In this document: positions 24,919-35,203 of the stretch, one piece after another | Position numbering within the stretch: position 1 is the first letter of the stretch | Layout: the number at the start of each line of letters is the position of its first letter | Origin: Bacteroidota bacterium | GTDB lineage: Bacteria; Bacteroidota; Bacteroidia; Cytophagales; MED-G16 | Direction: 5' to 3' | DNA length: 52,003 nt | Assembly (NCBI GenBank): GCA_036166035.1 | Contig: JAYZHZ010000103.1 | Coordinates: 1 to 52,003, forward strand | Position numbers and translations under genes: made by a program | The notes under the pieces: generated by a model | The model's database searches: none | Seen by the model: only the letters and a program-made list of their open reading frames with translations | Told to the model about the DNA's origin: nothing

Positions 24919-27168
24919 ATGATAAATTCTATAGAAAATGCATTTGGAATCAAAATAGATAAATTAAAGAAATTATCTGGATATGACAATGAGAATTACT
25001 TATTGGTTTCCGGAAAATCCAAATACATACTCAAAAAGTATCCCTTCACTAAAGAAAATCATAAGCTTGTAACCGCTGAAAATGATTGTCTTCAGTTTCT
25101 AAACAAAGAAGATCCTTCAATTTATCCAAAGCCTGTAAGTGGAATAGAAGGAAGCCTAACTGAAATTCTTTCTATTAATAAGAAAAAATATGTTTTCAGG
25201 ATCTTATCATATATCGAAGGAAAGTTTCTTGGAGAAGTCAATCATGACAAGAAATTATTTAATTCTTTAGGTTCGTTCCTAGCTAAAATGAATAAGCTCA
25301 TGATAAAATATAACAACGATGCTATATCTTCAAGAATCTGGGAATGGGATATTCAGTACCTACACCTAAACAACAAGTATATCGATGATATTCCAAAAGC
25401 TGAAAACAAAAAACTTGTACTTTATTTTTTTCAGCAATTTGAAGAAGTTGTTTCTCCAAAACTACCGTATTTAAGAAAATCTATAATTCATAACGACGCA
25501 AACGAATGGAACATTCTGACAAATAAGGGAAAAGTTACTGGGATCATTGATTTTGGCGATTTAGCTTATTCACAATTGGTTAATGAAGTTGCTATAGCTA
25601 TGACTTACGGATCATACGATAAAGATGATCCATTACATTACTCAACAATTATATTGGAGTCCTACCACAAAATATTACCTCTAAAAAAAGAAGAAATTTC
25701 ATTGCTATATTATCTAATTAGTGCAATGCTTTGTATAAGTGTATGCAATTCAGCTCATTCCAGAAAAAATAACCCAAAAAACAAACATGCTCTAATTAGT
25801 GAAAAAAATGCTTGGAAAATGTTAATTGCTCTTTCAAAATTAAGTCCCGTATATGTTGAAAATCATTACATGAAATCATTGGGATTTACAGTAAAGAAAA
25901 AAAAAAAAGTAAATCAATTAATTAAGAATAGACACAAAATTATTAGCCCAATCCTTTCTTTAAGCTATAAGAATCCAATTGCGATGGATAGGTCTGCATT
26001 TCAATACATGTTTGATATTCATGGCAAAACTTATCTAGATGCATACAATAACGTACCACATGTTGGTCACTCACACCCAAAAGTAATTGAAGCAGCTTCA
26101 AAACAGATGAAAAAGCTCAATACCAATACAAGGTATTTATATGATATCATTCAGATCTATGGATCAAGATTATTAAATAAATTCCCTAAAACATTAAATA
26201 AAATTTATTTTGTTAATTCAGGAAGTGAAGCAAGTGACTTAGCAATAAAATTAGCCTTATCATATTCAAAAAATAAAAAAATCATGGTAATGGAAAATGG
26301 GTATCACGGAAATACTCAGAGATGTACTGATATAAGTGATTATAAATTCAATAATAAAAAGGGTCAAGGAAAAAAAGATTATATAATTAAAGTTCCGATG
26401 CCAAATGAATTCAACAGTAAATATTCCAAAGGTAAAAATGGTATTGGAATTCAATATGCTAATGATGCAATTAAAAATATTGAAAATGTTGCTGCTTTTA
26501 TATGTGAGCCGATTTTGGGATGTGGTGGGCAAGTTCCTCTACCAGGAGGATACTTAAATAAAGTATATAATAAAATAAGAAATAATGGAGGCGTATGCAT
26601 TAGTGATGAGGTACAGACTGGCTTTGGAAGACTTGGAAATGTTTTCTGGGGATATGAGATGTATGATGTTATTCCGGACATAGTAATTTTAGGAAAACCT
26701 ATGGGTAATGGACACCCAATTGGAGCTGTAGTTACTACTGATGATATAGCAAATTCATTTGGTAAAGGAGTTGAATTTTTCAGCTCGTTTGGTGGGAATC
26801 CTGTTTCTTGTGCCGTAGGGTTATCGGTTTTGGATATAATAGAGGAGGAAAATCTTCAAGAAAACGCAAAAAATGTTGGTAATTATTATATGTCTGAATT
26901 AAAAAAATTACAAAAACAATACAAATTTATTGGTGATGTAAGAGGTTCAGGACTATTTATTGGTATTGAAATAGTAGAAAAAAACACAAAAAAACCAAAT
27001 ACTGAATTGGCACAAAAAATAAAAAATAATTTAAGAGAAAAACATATTCTTGTTGGAACGGACGGTCCATTTAATAATGTAATTAAAAGTAAGCCACCTA
27101 TTTGTTTTACAAAGGAAAATGCTAAGACTGTTGTAGATTCTATTAAAGATATCTTAAAAAAACTATAA
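24919..27168 (+). CDS. Bifunctional fusion: aminoglycoside-phosphotransferase-fold kinase (hydroxylysine-kinase-like) + class-III PLP aminotransferase-fold enzyme (phospho-lyase-like)
   Basis: 749-aa ORF. N-terminal ~325 aa carry the APH catalytic loop [12 protein letters not shown] and IIDFGD. C-terminal ~415 aa carry class-III aminotransferase motifs: [34 protein letters not shown], and the PLP-Lys region [15 protein letters not shown]. The domains are joined by a KKKKK linker encoded by an A12 run. Confidence 0.8.
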   Translation: MINSIENAFGIKIDKLKKLSGYDNENYLLVSGKSKYILKKYPFTKENHKLVTAENDCLQFLNKEDPSIYPKPVSGIEGSLTEILSINKKKYVFRILSYIEGKFLGEVNHDKKLFNSLGSFLAKMNKLMIKYNNDAISSRIWEWDIQYLHLNNKYIDDIPKAENKKLVLYFFQQFEEVVSPKLPYLRKSIIHNDANEWNILTNKGKVTGIIDFGDLAYSQLVNEVAIAMTYGSYDKDDPLHYSTIILESYHKILPLKKEEISLLYYLISAMLCISVCNSAHSRKNNPKNKHALISEKNAWKMLIALSKLSPVYVENHYMKSLGFTVKKKKKVNQLIKNRHKIISPILSLSYKNPIAMDRSAFQYMFDIHGKTYLDAYNNVPHVGHSHPKVIEAASKQMKKLNTNTRYLYDIIQIYGSRLLNKFPKTLNKIYFVNSGSEASDLAIKLALSYSKNKKIMVMENGYHGNTQRCTDISDYKFNNKKGQGKKDYIIKVPMPNEFNSKYSKGKNGIGIQYANDAIKNIENVAAFICEPILGCGGQVPLPGGYLNKVYNKIRNNGGVCISDEVQTGFGRLGNVFWGYEMYDVIPDIVILGKPMGNGHPIGAVVTTDDIANSFGKGVEFFSSFGGNPVSCAVGLSVLDIIEEENLQENAKNVGNYYMSELKKLQKQYKFIGDVRGSGLFIGIEIVEKNTKKPNTELAQKIKNNLREKHILVGTDGPFNNVIKSKPPICFTKENAKTVVDSIKDILKKL
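25897..25908 (+). repeat. A12 homopolymer at the kinase/aminotransferase domain junction
   Basis: aaag-aaaaaaaaaaaa-gt encodes KKKK. It is the longest homopolymer I noticed in the window (the others I saw are 9 nt or shorter). Confidence 0.9.
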
Positions 27169-30100
27169 ATATTTTTTCACATCTTTTTTAAGTTCATCTA
27201 AGGTTGAAACATAACCGTAAAGCTCATTCTTTAAAACCTCAAAAACTTCTCTAGAACCTTTAGTTGGCAATCCATCACCACTTTCAACACTTTTTCTTAA
27301 ATATGCAAGTCTATTATTTACCTTAATAGGAAAATTAAGGGGATCTTGACCACTTTGATTCTTCACTTGATAAATACTAGACTCTATATTTTCAAGTTTT
27401 AAAATAAGTGATTTTATTTTCTTTCTTTTAGTGGAACTTGAAGTTGATGAAACGTTTTTTAAATTATCTTTAATTTCCCTAATTTCAATCACACTTCTAT
27501 TGGCAATATCAGTCTGATTCATTATTTCCATTGCAAATTGAAATTGTATATCAATAACCTCATCTGATACTTCAATTCTAGGATCTTTAATTAGATCGAT
27601 AAAAGATTTATACTGTTTTCCATCAACTGTTAAAATAACGTTATAATTACCAGGAGGCGCAATAGGACCAAGTTGAGGTCTAGCAGACCAAATAATCATT
27701 CCTTCAAAATCAGTAGCCCCAGGATATCTTAAGTTCCAAGTGTAGGAATTCAATCCTTTTTTCATGCTTGGGTTTTTATTGTCTGCACCATACCAAGATT
27801 GTTCATCATCTTCAGATTCTTCTATTAAACCATCCTTATCTAATACTACTCTACCCTTTGAATCTAAAATCTTTATATTTAGTGAATTTACATCCTCAGA
27901 TAAATAGTATTTAATTTCACCATTTTGAACTCTCCTAGCGGCATAATAAGGTTTAAATAAATAATGTTTATCAAAATTAATTTTTGACATTTCTCTAATT
28001 GGTGAAATATCATCCAAAATATACACGGACCTTCCATGAGTTCCTACCACAATATCTTTATCAGTAACAATTAAATCTGATATTTGAGTATCAGGCATAT
28101 TTAAACTTAACGATGACCAATTATTTCCATCATCAAATGATACCCATACACCATGTTCTCCACCCGCATACAATAATCCTGGAACATGTAAATCCTCACG
28201 AACTACATGAATAAAATCATCTTCTCTTATACCATCTATTATAAAATTCCAAGTTTTACCATAGTCATCAGTCTTCCAAATATATGGTTTCCTGTCATCC
28301 ATCTGGTATCTTTTACCAGCAACATATGCAGTGCCCGGTTTATGCGTTGATTCATCAATTATACTGACTCTAGTATCTTTTGGCATGTTCTTTGGAGTAA
28401 TATTTTCCCATGTTTTTCCATGATTTTTAGTTATATAAACCAACCCATCATCAGAACCTGCCCAAATTACATTTTCATCATGATTTGATGGAGCTAATGC
28501 AAAAACAGTTGCATAGATTTCCGGTCCATTCATATCGTTTGTAATAATTCCTCCCGTCTCTCCCAATGTTTTAGGATCAGCATAAGTAAGGTCTGGACTT
28601 ATTTTTTCCCAACTCTGACCATCGTTTTCTGAAACCCAAACATGCTGAGAGGATGTATAGAGTTTATTGGAATTAAGTGGAGAAAAAATAATTGGGAAAG
28701 TCCACTGCCATCTTTCAGGTAAAGCACTTGCAGGTTCTCCTGAGAAAAACCTTGGATAAACTTGTATATCTCTTCTAAATCCATTACTTCGGTCATATTT
28801 TGTTAAAAGAGCACCTTGACTTCCAGCATAAAACCAATCCAGGTTATCGGGATGTTGGCTGATATATCCAGATTCACCACCTCCTACTGCATAATAGTAT
28901 TGTTTGTGAGGGCCTCTAGCTTGTTTGAAGTTCCAACCCTCAGATGGAATACACATAGTTGAATTATCTTGTTGTGCCCCACAAACATGATAAGGAAAGT
29001 CTTTAGTTACCATTATGTGATAGAACTGAGATGTTGGAAAATCTAAATCCGTCCAAGTATCACCACCGTTAACAGAAACACATCCACCTCCATCATTAGC
29101 GTTTACCATTCTCATAGGATCATTTGGATCAATCCACAAATCATGATTGTCTCCATGTGGGACAATAATTCTTTTATCAAATGTTTTTCCACCATCTACT
29201 GATTTATAGAATCCGGTATTTAAAGCATATACTATATCTTCATCTTTTGGATCAGCATAAATCCTGCTATAATAAAAAGCTCTCTGTCTTAATTTTCTTT
29301 CGTTATTGACTAATTCCCATGAATCACCAGCATCATCCGAAACGTAAACACCACCATTGTTTGCTTCAACTATAGCCCATAATCTGTTTGAATTTGCACC
29401 CGAAACTGTAATTCCAATTTTTCCTAATGGTCTTTCAGGTAGTCCCTTATTCTCCGAAATATCTTTCCATGATTTTCCTCCATCAGAAGACTTATAAATT
29501 CCACAGTCAGGTCCTCCTCCAAGCATCTTATAAGGAGTTCTGTATACTTGCCAAATTGTTGCATACAATGTTTCTGGATCATTAGGATCCATTACTAAAT
29601 CTATAGCTCCTGCTTTAGAACTTTTATATAGCACCTTATCCCAAGATTTTCCACCATTAACTGATTTAAATATCCCTCTTTCTGGATTTTCTCCATATGG
29701 ATGACCAAGTGCCGCAACATAAACAATATCAGGATTTTTTGGATGAACTCTAATTTTTGCTATTGCTTGTGTCTCATCAAGCCCTAAGTGTTTCCATGTT
29801 TTACCAGCATCTACAGATTTATATACTCCATCACCTTGCATGATATTTCCTCTTAACTCAGTCTCACCCATTCCTATATAAACAATATCAGGATTTGATT
29901 CAGAGACTGCAACTGCACCAACTGATGAGCTTCGTATTTGACCATCTGTTACTGGATTCCATGTTTGACCACCATCAATAGTTTTCCATAATCCTCCTCC
30001 AACTGCTCCAAAATAGTACTCATTAATTCTAGATGGAGATCCAGAAACTGCGAGAGATCTTCCTCCTCTATCTGGACCAATTCCTCTCCAGCTCATTTGA

Positions 30101-30192
30101 TTCAATAAGCTATCCTTATTTTCAATAGCATTCAAATCAATAAATAATGCTGATAATATAATTGTAAAAAATATAGAAATTTTAATTTTCAT
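27163..30192 (-). CDS. Sortilin/VPS10-like Asp-box (BNR) beta-propeller protein, secreted (paralogue of 3501..6776)
   Basis: 1009-aa ORF with a signal peptide. About 11 Asp-boxes (TIDGGQTW, SVDAGKTW, SVNGGKSW, SSDGGKSW, SDDAGDSW, SVDGGKTF, SVNGGDTW, SENDGQSW, TKNHGKTW, TDDYGKTW, SFDDGNNW). Collinear with 3501..6776, including the helical C-terminal ~300 aa. Confidence 0.75.
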   Translation of the reverse strand: MKIKISIFFTIILSALFIDLNAIENKDSLLNQMSWRGIGPDRGGRSLAVSGSPSRINEYYFGAVGGGLWKTIDGGQTWNPVTDGQIRSSSVGAVAVSESNPDIVYIGMGETELRGNIMQGDGVYKSVDAGKTWKHLGLDETQAIAKIRVHPKNPDIVYVAALGHPYGENPERGIFKSVNGGKSWDKVLYKSSKAGAIDLVMDPNDPETLYATIWQVYRTPYKMLGGGPDCGIYKSSDGGKSWKDISENKGLPERPLGKIGITVSGANSNRLWAIVEANNGGVYVSDDAGDSWELVNNERKLRQRAFYYSRIYADPKDEDIVYALNTGFYKSVDGGKTFDKRIIVPHGDNHDLWIDPNDPMRMVNANDGGGCVSVNGGDTWTDLDFPTSQFYHIMVTKDFPYHVCGAQQDNSTMCIPSEGWNFKQARGPHKQYYYAVGGGESGYISQHPDNLDWFYAGSQGALLTKYDRSNGFRRDIQVYPRFFSGEPASALPERWQWTFPIIFSPLNSNKLYTSSQHVWVSENDGQSWEKISPDLTYADPKTLGETGGIITNDMNGPEIYATVFALAPSNHDENVIWAGSDDGLVYITKNHGKTWENITPKNMPKDTRVSIIDESTHKPGTAYVAGKRYQMDDRKPYIWKTDDYGKTWNFIIDGIREDDFIHVVREDLHVPGLLYAGGEHGVWVSFDDGNNWSSLSLNMPDTQISDLIVTDKDIVVGTHGRSVYILDDISPIREMSKINFDKHYLFKPYYAARRVQNGEIKYYLSEDVNSLNIKILDSKGRVVLDKDGLIEESEDDEQSWYGADNKNPSMKKGLNSYTWNLRYPGATDFEGMIIWSARPQLGPIAPPGNYNVILTVDGKQYKSFIDLIKDPRIEVSDEVIDIQFQFAMEIMNQTDIANRSVIEIREIKDNLKNVSSTSSSTKRKKIKSLILKLENIESSIYQVKNQSGQDPLNFPIKVNNRLAYLRKSVESGDGLPTKGSREVFEVLKNELYGYVSTLDELKKDVKKYL

Positions 30193-30280
30193 AGGTGGTT
30201 TTTTTAGGTTAAGTGTTCAATAAATAAATATATAAAAAATTATTTTCTAAATAATAATATATAAATCAGCAATTTGAATT

Positions 30281-30311
30281 TTTGAAATTTCTATTAATAG
30301 TAATAGATTGA
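30281..30311 (+). promoter_or_regulatory. Putative gntK promoter: TTTG (30281-30284), N19, TAGATTGA (30304-30311); box ends 6 nt before ATG 30318
   Basis: Counted directly. Confidence 0.5.
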
Positions 30312-30317
30312 TTTATA

Positions 30318-30815
30318 ATGCATTATTCAATCATAATTATGGGAGTTTCAGGCTCTGGAAAATCAACTATAGGAAAACTCTTATCTAAAAAGTTAAATAT
30401 TGATTTTATCGAAGGAGATGAATATCATTCTAATGAGAGTCTAAAAAAACTCTCCTCAGGAATAGCATTAACTGATAATGATAGAATTAAATGGTTAAAT
30501 AAATTAAATAGTATAATTCATAAAAAAGTGACCTATAGTTCTTGTGTTGTATCTTGCTCCGCACTTAAAAAAAAATACAGATCAATGCTTAGAAAAAATA
30601 TAAGTAATAGAATAAAATTTGTTTACCTTGAAGGGAGCTACAGTCTAATTAATGAGAGATTAATTAAAAGAAAAAATCATTTCATGTCAAACTCTTTACT
30701 AAAATCACAGTTTAAAGCTCTCGAAATACCATCAAATAGTATCAAAATTGATATTAGATCCAATCCGGTATCTATAGTTGAAACAATTCTAAAAAATATT
30801 AATAAAGGAAAATAG
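30318..30815 (+). CDS. gntK: Gluconokinase
   Basis: 165-aa ORF. P-loop IIIMGVSGSGKSTIG, then FIEGDEYHS and LTDNDRIKWL, typical of thermoresistant-type gluconate kinases. Followed 2 nt later by a GntP permease gene. Confidence 0.85.
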   Translation: MHYSIIIMGVSGSGKSTIGKLLSKKLNIDFIEGDEYHSNESLKKLSSGIALTDNDRIKWLNKLNSIIHKKVTYSSCVVSCSALKKKYRSMLRKNISNRIKFVYLEGSYSLINERLIKRKNHFMSNSLLKSQFKALEIPSNSIKIDIRSNPVSIVETILKNINKGK

Positions 30816-30817
30816 AT

Positions 30818-32143
30818 ATGATAACATATGTAATTATTTCAATTATTATTCTGATGATAATGATAATGAAGTATAAAATTCACCCTTTTTTAGCACTTCT
30901 TATTTCCAGCATTTTTTTTGGAGTCTTAACTGGCTTGTCGCCAGATCAAATAATGAACACAGTACAATTAGGTATGGGTAATACCCTGGGATTTGTAGCT
31001 GTTTTAGTAGGATTAGGTGCACTATTTGGTTCTATACTTGAACACTCTGGTGGAGCAACAGCAATAACAAATTTTATGATACAAAAATTTGGAGTTAAAA
31101 GATCACCAATTGCCATGTCTGTATCTGGGTTTTTGGTTGCAATTCCTGTTTTCTTTGATGTTGCGCTAATAGTTTTAATGCCAGTAATTTATGCGCTTCA
31201 AAGAAAAACGGGTAAGTCACTACTGTTATTTGCTATACCACTGCTAGCAGGTCTTGCTACTACTCATGCTTTCATTCCTCCTACACCTGGTCCCATTGCG
31301 GTATCTCAAATTATTAATGCTAATATTGGATGGGTTATAATTATTGGATTTATTGTAGGTATCCCAACTACTATAATTAGCGGATTGATTTTTGGAAGGT
31401 TTATTTCTGGAAAAATATTTGTTGATGCCCCAAAAATTGAGAAAACAGATTTTTCATTACCTAAAATCAACATTAATGTTCATCTTGTTATATCAATAAT
31501 TCTACTACCTCTAATTCTTATTCTTTTAAGCACATCACTAAAAAATAACTTTATATCGATTGATAATACATTGATCTCAAACTTTATTCATTTAATAGGA
31601 CATCCTTTTTCTGCATTAATTCTTTCAAATGTTATTGCTTGGTATATCCTGGGAATTAAGCAAGGAATCAATAAAAAACAATTATTAAATATCTCAAAAA
31701 ATTCTCTCCTACCGGCAGGAAGTATTATTTTGATTACTGGAGCTGGTGGTGTTTTTAAAGAGTTTTTGGTTACATCAGGAGCAGGTGAAATAATTGCAAA
31801 ATCATTAGATGAAACTGGTTTGTCAGTTTTGCTTTTTTCTTACTTAATTGCTTTAATTATAAGAGTAGTACAAGGTTCATCAACTGTTGCTATGATTACT
31901 GCAGCTAGCTTAGTTGCACCTATTATCTCTACAGGATCAGAAATCGAACTTTCGTGTATAGTAATATCAATTGCTGCAGGAGCTTCAGCATTTTCTCATG
32001 TCAATGACAGTGGATTTTGGTTAGTTAATCAGTACTTGAGACTAAATGAAAAAGATACATTTATGACATGGACATTAATGACTTCAATATTATCTCTTAC
32101 AGGATTTATAATTGTTCTTTTAATAAACTCAATTCTTGGATAA
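30818..32143 (+). CDS. GntP family gluconate:H+ symporter
   Basis: 441-aa polytopic membrane protein. Length and GntP-like segments (LGNTLGFVAVLVGLGALFG, THAFIPPTPGP, GAGGVFK, FSHVNDSGFW). Confidence 0.85.
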   Translation: MITYVIISIIILMIMIMKYKIHPFLALLISSIFFGVLTGLSPDQIMNTVQLGMGNTLGFVAVLVGLGALFGSILEHSGGATAITNFMIQKFGVKRSPIAMSVSGFLVAIPVFFDVALIVLMPVIYALQRKTGKSLLLFAIPLLAGLATTHAFIPPTPGPIAVSQIINANIGWVIIIGFIVGIPTTIISGLIFGRFISGKIFVDAPKIEKTDFSLPKININVHLVISIILLPLILILLSTSLKNNFISIDNTLISNFIHLIGHPFSALILSNVIAWYILGIKQGINKKQLLNISKNSLLPAGSIILITGAGGVFKEFLVTSGAGEIIAKSLDETGLSVLLFSYLIALIIRVVQGSSTVAMITAASLVAPIISTGSEIELSCIVISIAAGASAFSHVNDSGFWLVNQYLRLNEKDTFMTWTLMTSILSLTGFIIVLLINSILG

Positions 32144-35100
32144 GATTAAAACTATACCGCTATTACCTTCTATTTCTATCTTTTCTCCAATTTTATAAGT
32201 ATTATAATCTTGTAGACCATCTATAAAAGGACTAGATAAACTTGCTGAACTATTATTAAAATTAATCTTTTCCCAATCAAAATTTAAATAAACATTTTCA
32301 GTTTTATTTGACCATGAAGCAAGAGAAATTAAGATTTTATCATTATGCTGAAATATTGTACATTTTATTTTATTATTATTGATTTTAACAGGAGAATTTT
32401 CTACCCAGTATCCTATCATTCTACTACTATCAATATTAAATTCTTCAAAAATCTTCCAAATATTTCCAGGATTATATTTATGATAAACTCTTGTCGTCAT
32501 ACCAAATACCAATCCATGGTATGGTCTACCTCCCTTTTCCAACATTTCTCCTGTCAGTCCAAAGGGAATTCCTGAAACCTCAGTCATCCAATAATCTGGC
32601 TCAAGATCATACTCAAAATATTCACCAAACCATAACCTAGAAACATATGGAAAATGTTCCATATAAAGAAAAGCACTATTTATAAAACCATCTCTAACAT
32701 TATACTGATTAGCAGAATGCAAGTCAATTACAAAAGATTCTCTGTGCTGATTAAAAACACTGGCTATTCTTTTAACAGTACTTCTGCTAAAAGCTATATC
32801 ATCTAAGTATAACCCATCAATTTTATTGTTTTTTGCTAGCCAGTTTATACCTTCTATGTAGTAATTTGTCCACCTAGAAGTACCCTTATTAAGTATAGAT
32901 GCATCATTTACGCTTACAGCATGCCATGCCGAATGATAATTTTTCTTTAAATGTTCCTGTAACCAACTATGCCCACCTCCTTTTCCATCATTAAAAATTT
33001 CAGTGCCTAAACTTTTAAGGGCAAAAAGTTCATGAGCCTTATAAGTCAATTCCCTAATAGTATTGTAAAGTTTAACTCTTATCCCTTTAGAGTGAGCCTC
33101 ATCTATGTATTCTTTTTGTTTGTCAATATTATAAAATGGATAGTTAATAAAGGGATTAATTTCATTTGCGTGATGAACATTAACTATAGTGCCATTTAGT
33201 TTAATTACAGAATCGACAGGAACATATTTATGTACAAACCTTGTACTAAAATGTTCTTTTGTATCTATTAATTTAAATGGAGTTATAAGAAATCTAACAT
33301 TATAATTTAATGTATCACCTATTTTAATTTCTCTTTCTCCAGAATAATTATTAACATCAACCACTTCATCTTTAATATCAATATCTATTCCACCTCTTGA
33401 ATCATTATACCATGATTTGGGAAGATTAAGTGGTTTTGATTGATAGAAATTAGTATTTAAAGGTCTCTCATAATTATTATCTCTCAACACATACTGTAAA
33501 CCCTTATTTACATTACCCAACCAAAGACCTTCTTGATGTTTTGTTACATCCCATTTCCAATAAATATTTTCATTTATTTTTCCTCCTTTTCTACCCAAAC
33601 CCAACATATATTTTGCCGATTTTTTATCAAAAGGAATTTTTAGGTTTATATCATTAATTTTTAGATTATTTAGAGCAATTAGTTGAATGTTATAATTCAT
33701 CATCCCATCGTATTCTAGAGATCCGGATACATTTAATTTGAAGTTCTCAGAATTACTTTTAGAATGCCACTCAACACTAGCATTATTTTTCTGAAAAATT
33801 TGAAAATCTTGGTTTGAAAAAACCTCATAATTTCCTTTCTCATTTTTGACTTGAAAACGTATTTTATCAGATAATATATTTTCTTTAAAATCGTTTAATC
33901 TGGTCATTTCTTCTGAAAAATAAGAAAATATATTTTCAGGTAATCCTGATTTGTTTAACTCAATTTCTCTGCCTAAAATACTTATTGTATTTTCTGATAT
34001 TGAAACAGGAGTATATGGTTTAATAATGAAATCTTTTTCTGAGCCTATTGTAGAATTTAACCATCGAAGTCTGGACATATTTTCAGGATTGTTGTCTCCA
34101 TAACTATCTATGGTATTACTTGCTATGTTAATATCTAAGTAGACAGTATCAGCATCCATGCCTTCTGGCTTGATGACTATAAACGATTTATGTGTTCCAA
34201 TTTTAGATTCTTTTGGTATTTGTAAACCAAACCAAAGAGGCTGAACCTTCCCCATTTTTACAGGTATTTTTTTAACAAATTTTTCCCCGTTTAGATTTGT
34301 TCCACTCTTGTTAAAACACGTAAAATATTTTTTATTTATAATACTTCCAGACTTTGACTTCAAATCAGAAAAAACGATTTCAATATCTTTCAAATCTTTA
34401 TTTGGTGAAAATACTCCGATTTGAAAAGTGTAGTATTCACCTCGTGAGGCTTTATCCTTTAATCCATTAATATGTTTACCTTCCCTTATCCATCTTAGTG
34501 GAAGATAATCAATCATTTTTATTGGATATTTCCTGTATTCAGGAAACAGATAATATTCTTTTTGAACTAATTCTAAATATTTTTTAACTTCTTTTTCTGA
34601 TGATATTATCTCCATTGGGAAAAAACTATGAAACTCATCAATAGATTGAAAGCTTACAGTATTTGCAAAATTTATTTGAGATAATTTTTCTAGTGATAAA
34701 TCAACCTCATTATTCCATTCTAAATCATTAATTATTGATGGTTTCATATACTCTACTCTTGGATAATATCCTCCTGTAGATTTATGAGGCAGATAATACA
34801 AATGGTATTCTTTTGAGTTTATTTCAGGTTTAAAGAGAATATGACCAAAATCATTGTTATTATCTATTATAAACTTATTATTAATTGGTTGATTAGTTTT
34901 TGGATTGATAAGTACTATATCCTTTTTTTCCGGATTATCATCCCTTCTTCTCCAAGGGACTATGACTTGATGAATCTCATTAGAGCGATTTTTTAATCTT
35001 ATTATAGACCTATGGTTGCCATGTGATTCAAATCCACTCTTATAATCAGGATGATTCCAATTTCCTACTTCATATTTATGTTCATAAAGTGATAAATTTT

Positions 35101-35203
35101 CATTGATTTTTCTATAGTTAACGTTTTGATTAACTGAATTGCATGAAACGATGAAAAAAATATAGAGAAAACTTAATGTTGATTTTCGTAACTTATTTAT
35201 CAT
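32129..35203 (-). CDS. Large lipoprotein of unknown function (C-terminal region possibly glycoside-hydrolase-like, DUF4091/GH123-like; tentative)
   Basis: 1024-aa ORF with lipobox FIVSC. I recognise no firm catalytic motif. The GH-like guess rests on the C-terminal region (IDGLYLDDIAF, SRLWFGEYFEYD, GIPFGLTGEM) and on the neighbouring PIG-L deacetylase. Its start abuts that gene's stop (TAG|ATG at 35201-35206). Confidence 0.35.
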   Translation of the reverse strand: MINKLRKSTLSFLYIFFIVSCNSVNQNVNYRKINENLSLYEHKYEVGNWNHPDYKSGFESHGNHRSIIRLKNRSNEIHQVIVPWRRRDDNPEKKDIVLINPKTNQPINNKFIIDNNNDFGHILFKPEINSKEYHLYYLPHKSTGGYYPRVEYMKPSIINDLEWNNEVDLSLEKLSQINFANTVSFQSIDEFHSFFPMEIISSEKEVKKYLELVQKEYYLFPEYRKYPIKMIDYLPLRWIREGKHINGLKDKASRGEYYTFQIGVFSPNKDLKDIEIVFSDLKSKSGSIINKKYFTCFNKSGTNLNGEKFVKKIPVKMGKVQPLWFGLQIPKESKIGTHKSFIVIKPEGMDADTVYLDINIASNTIDSYGDNNPENMSRLRWLNSTIGSEKDFIIKPYTPVSISENTISILGREIELNKSGLPENIFSYFSEEMTRLNDFKENILSDKIRFQVKNEKGNYEVFSNQDFQIFQKNNASVEWHSKSNSENFKLNVSGSLEYDGMMNYNIQLIALNNLKINDINLKIPFDKKSAKYMLGLGRKGGKINENIYWKWDVTKHQEGLWLGNVNKGLQYVLRDNNYERPLNTNFYQSKPLNLPKSWYNDSRGGIDIDIKDEVVDVNNYSGEREIKIGDTLNYNVRFLITPFKLIDTKEHFSTRFVHKYVPVDSVIKLNGTIVNVHHANEINPFINYPFYNIDKQKEYIDEAHSKGIRVKLYNTIRELTYKAHELFALKSLGTEIFNDGKGGGHSWLQEHLKKNYHSAWHAVSVNDASILNKGTSRWTNYYIEGINWLAKNNKIDGLYLDDIAFSRSTVKRIASVFNQHRESFVIDLHSANQYNVRDGFINSAFLYMEHFPYVSRLWFGEYFEYDLEPDYWMTEVSGIPFGLTGEMLEKGGRPYHGLVFGMTTRVYHKYNPGNIWKIFEEFNIDSSRMIGYWVENSPVKINNNKIKCTIFQHNDKILISLASWSNKTENVYLNFDWEKINFNNSSASLSSPFIDGLQDYNTYKIGEKIEIEGNSGIVLILSKN

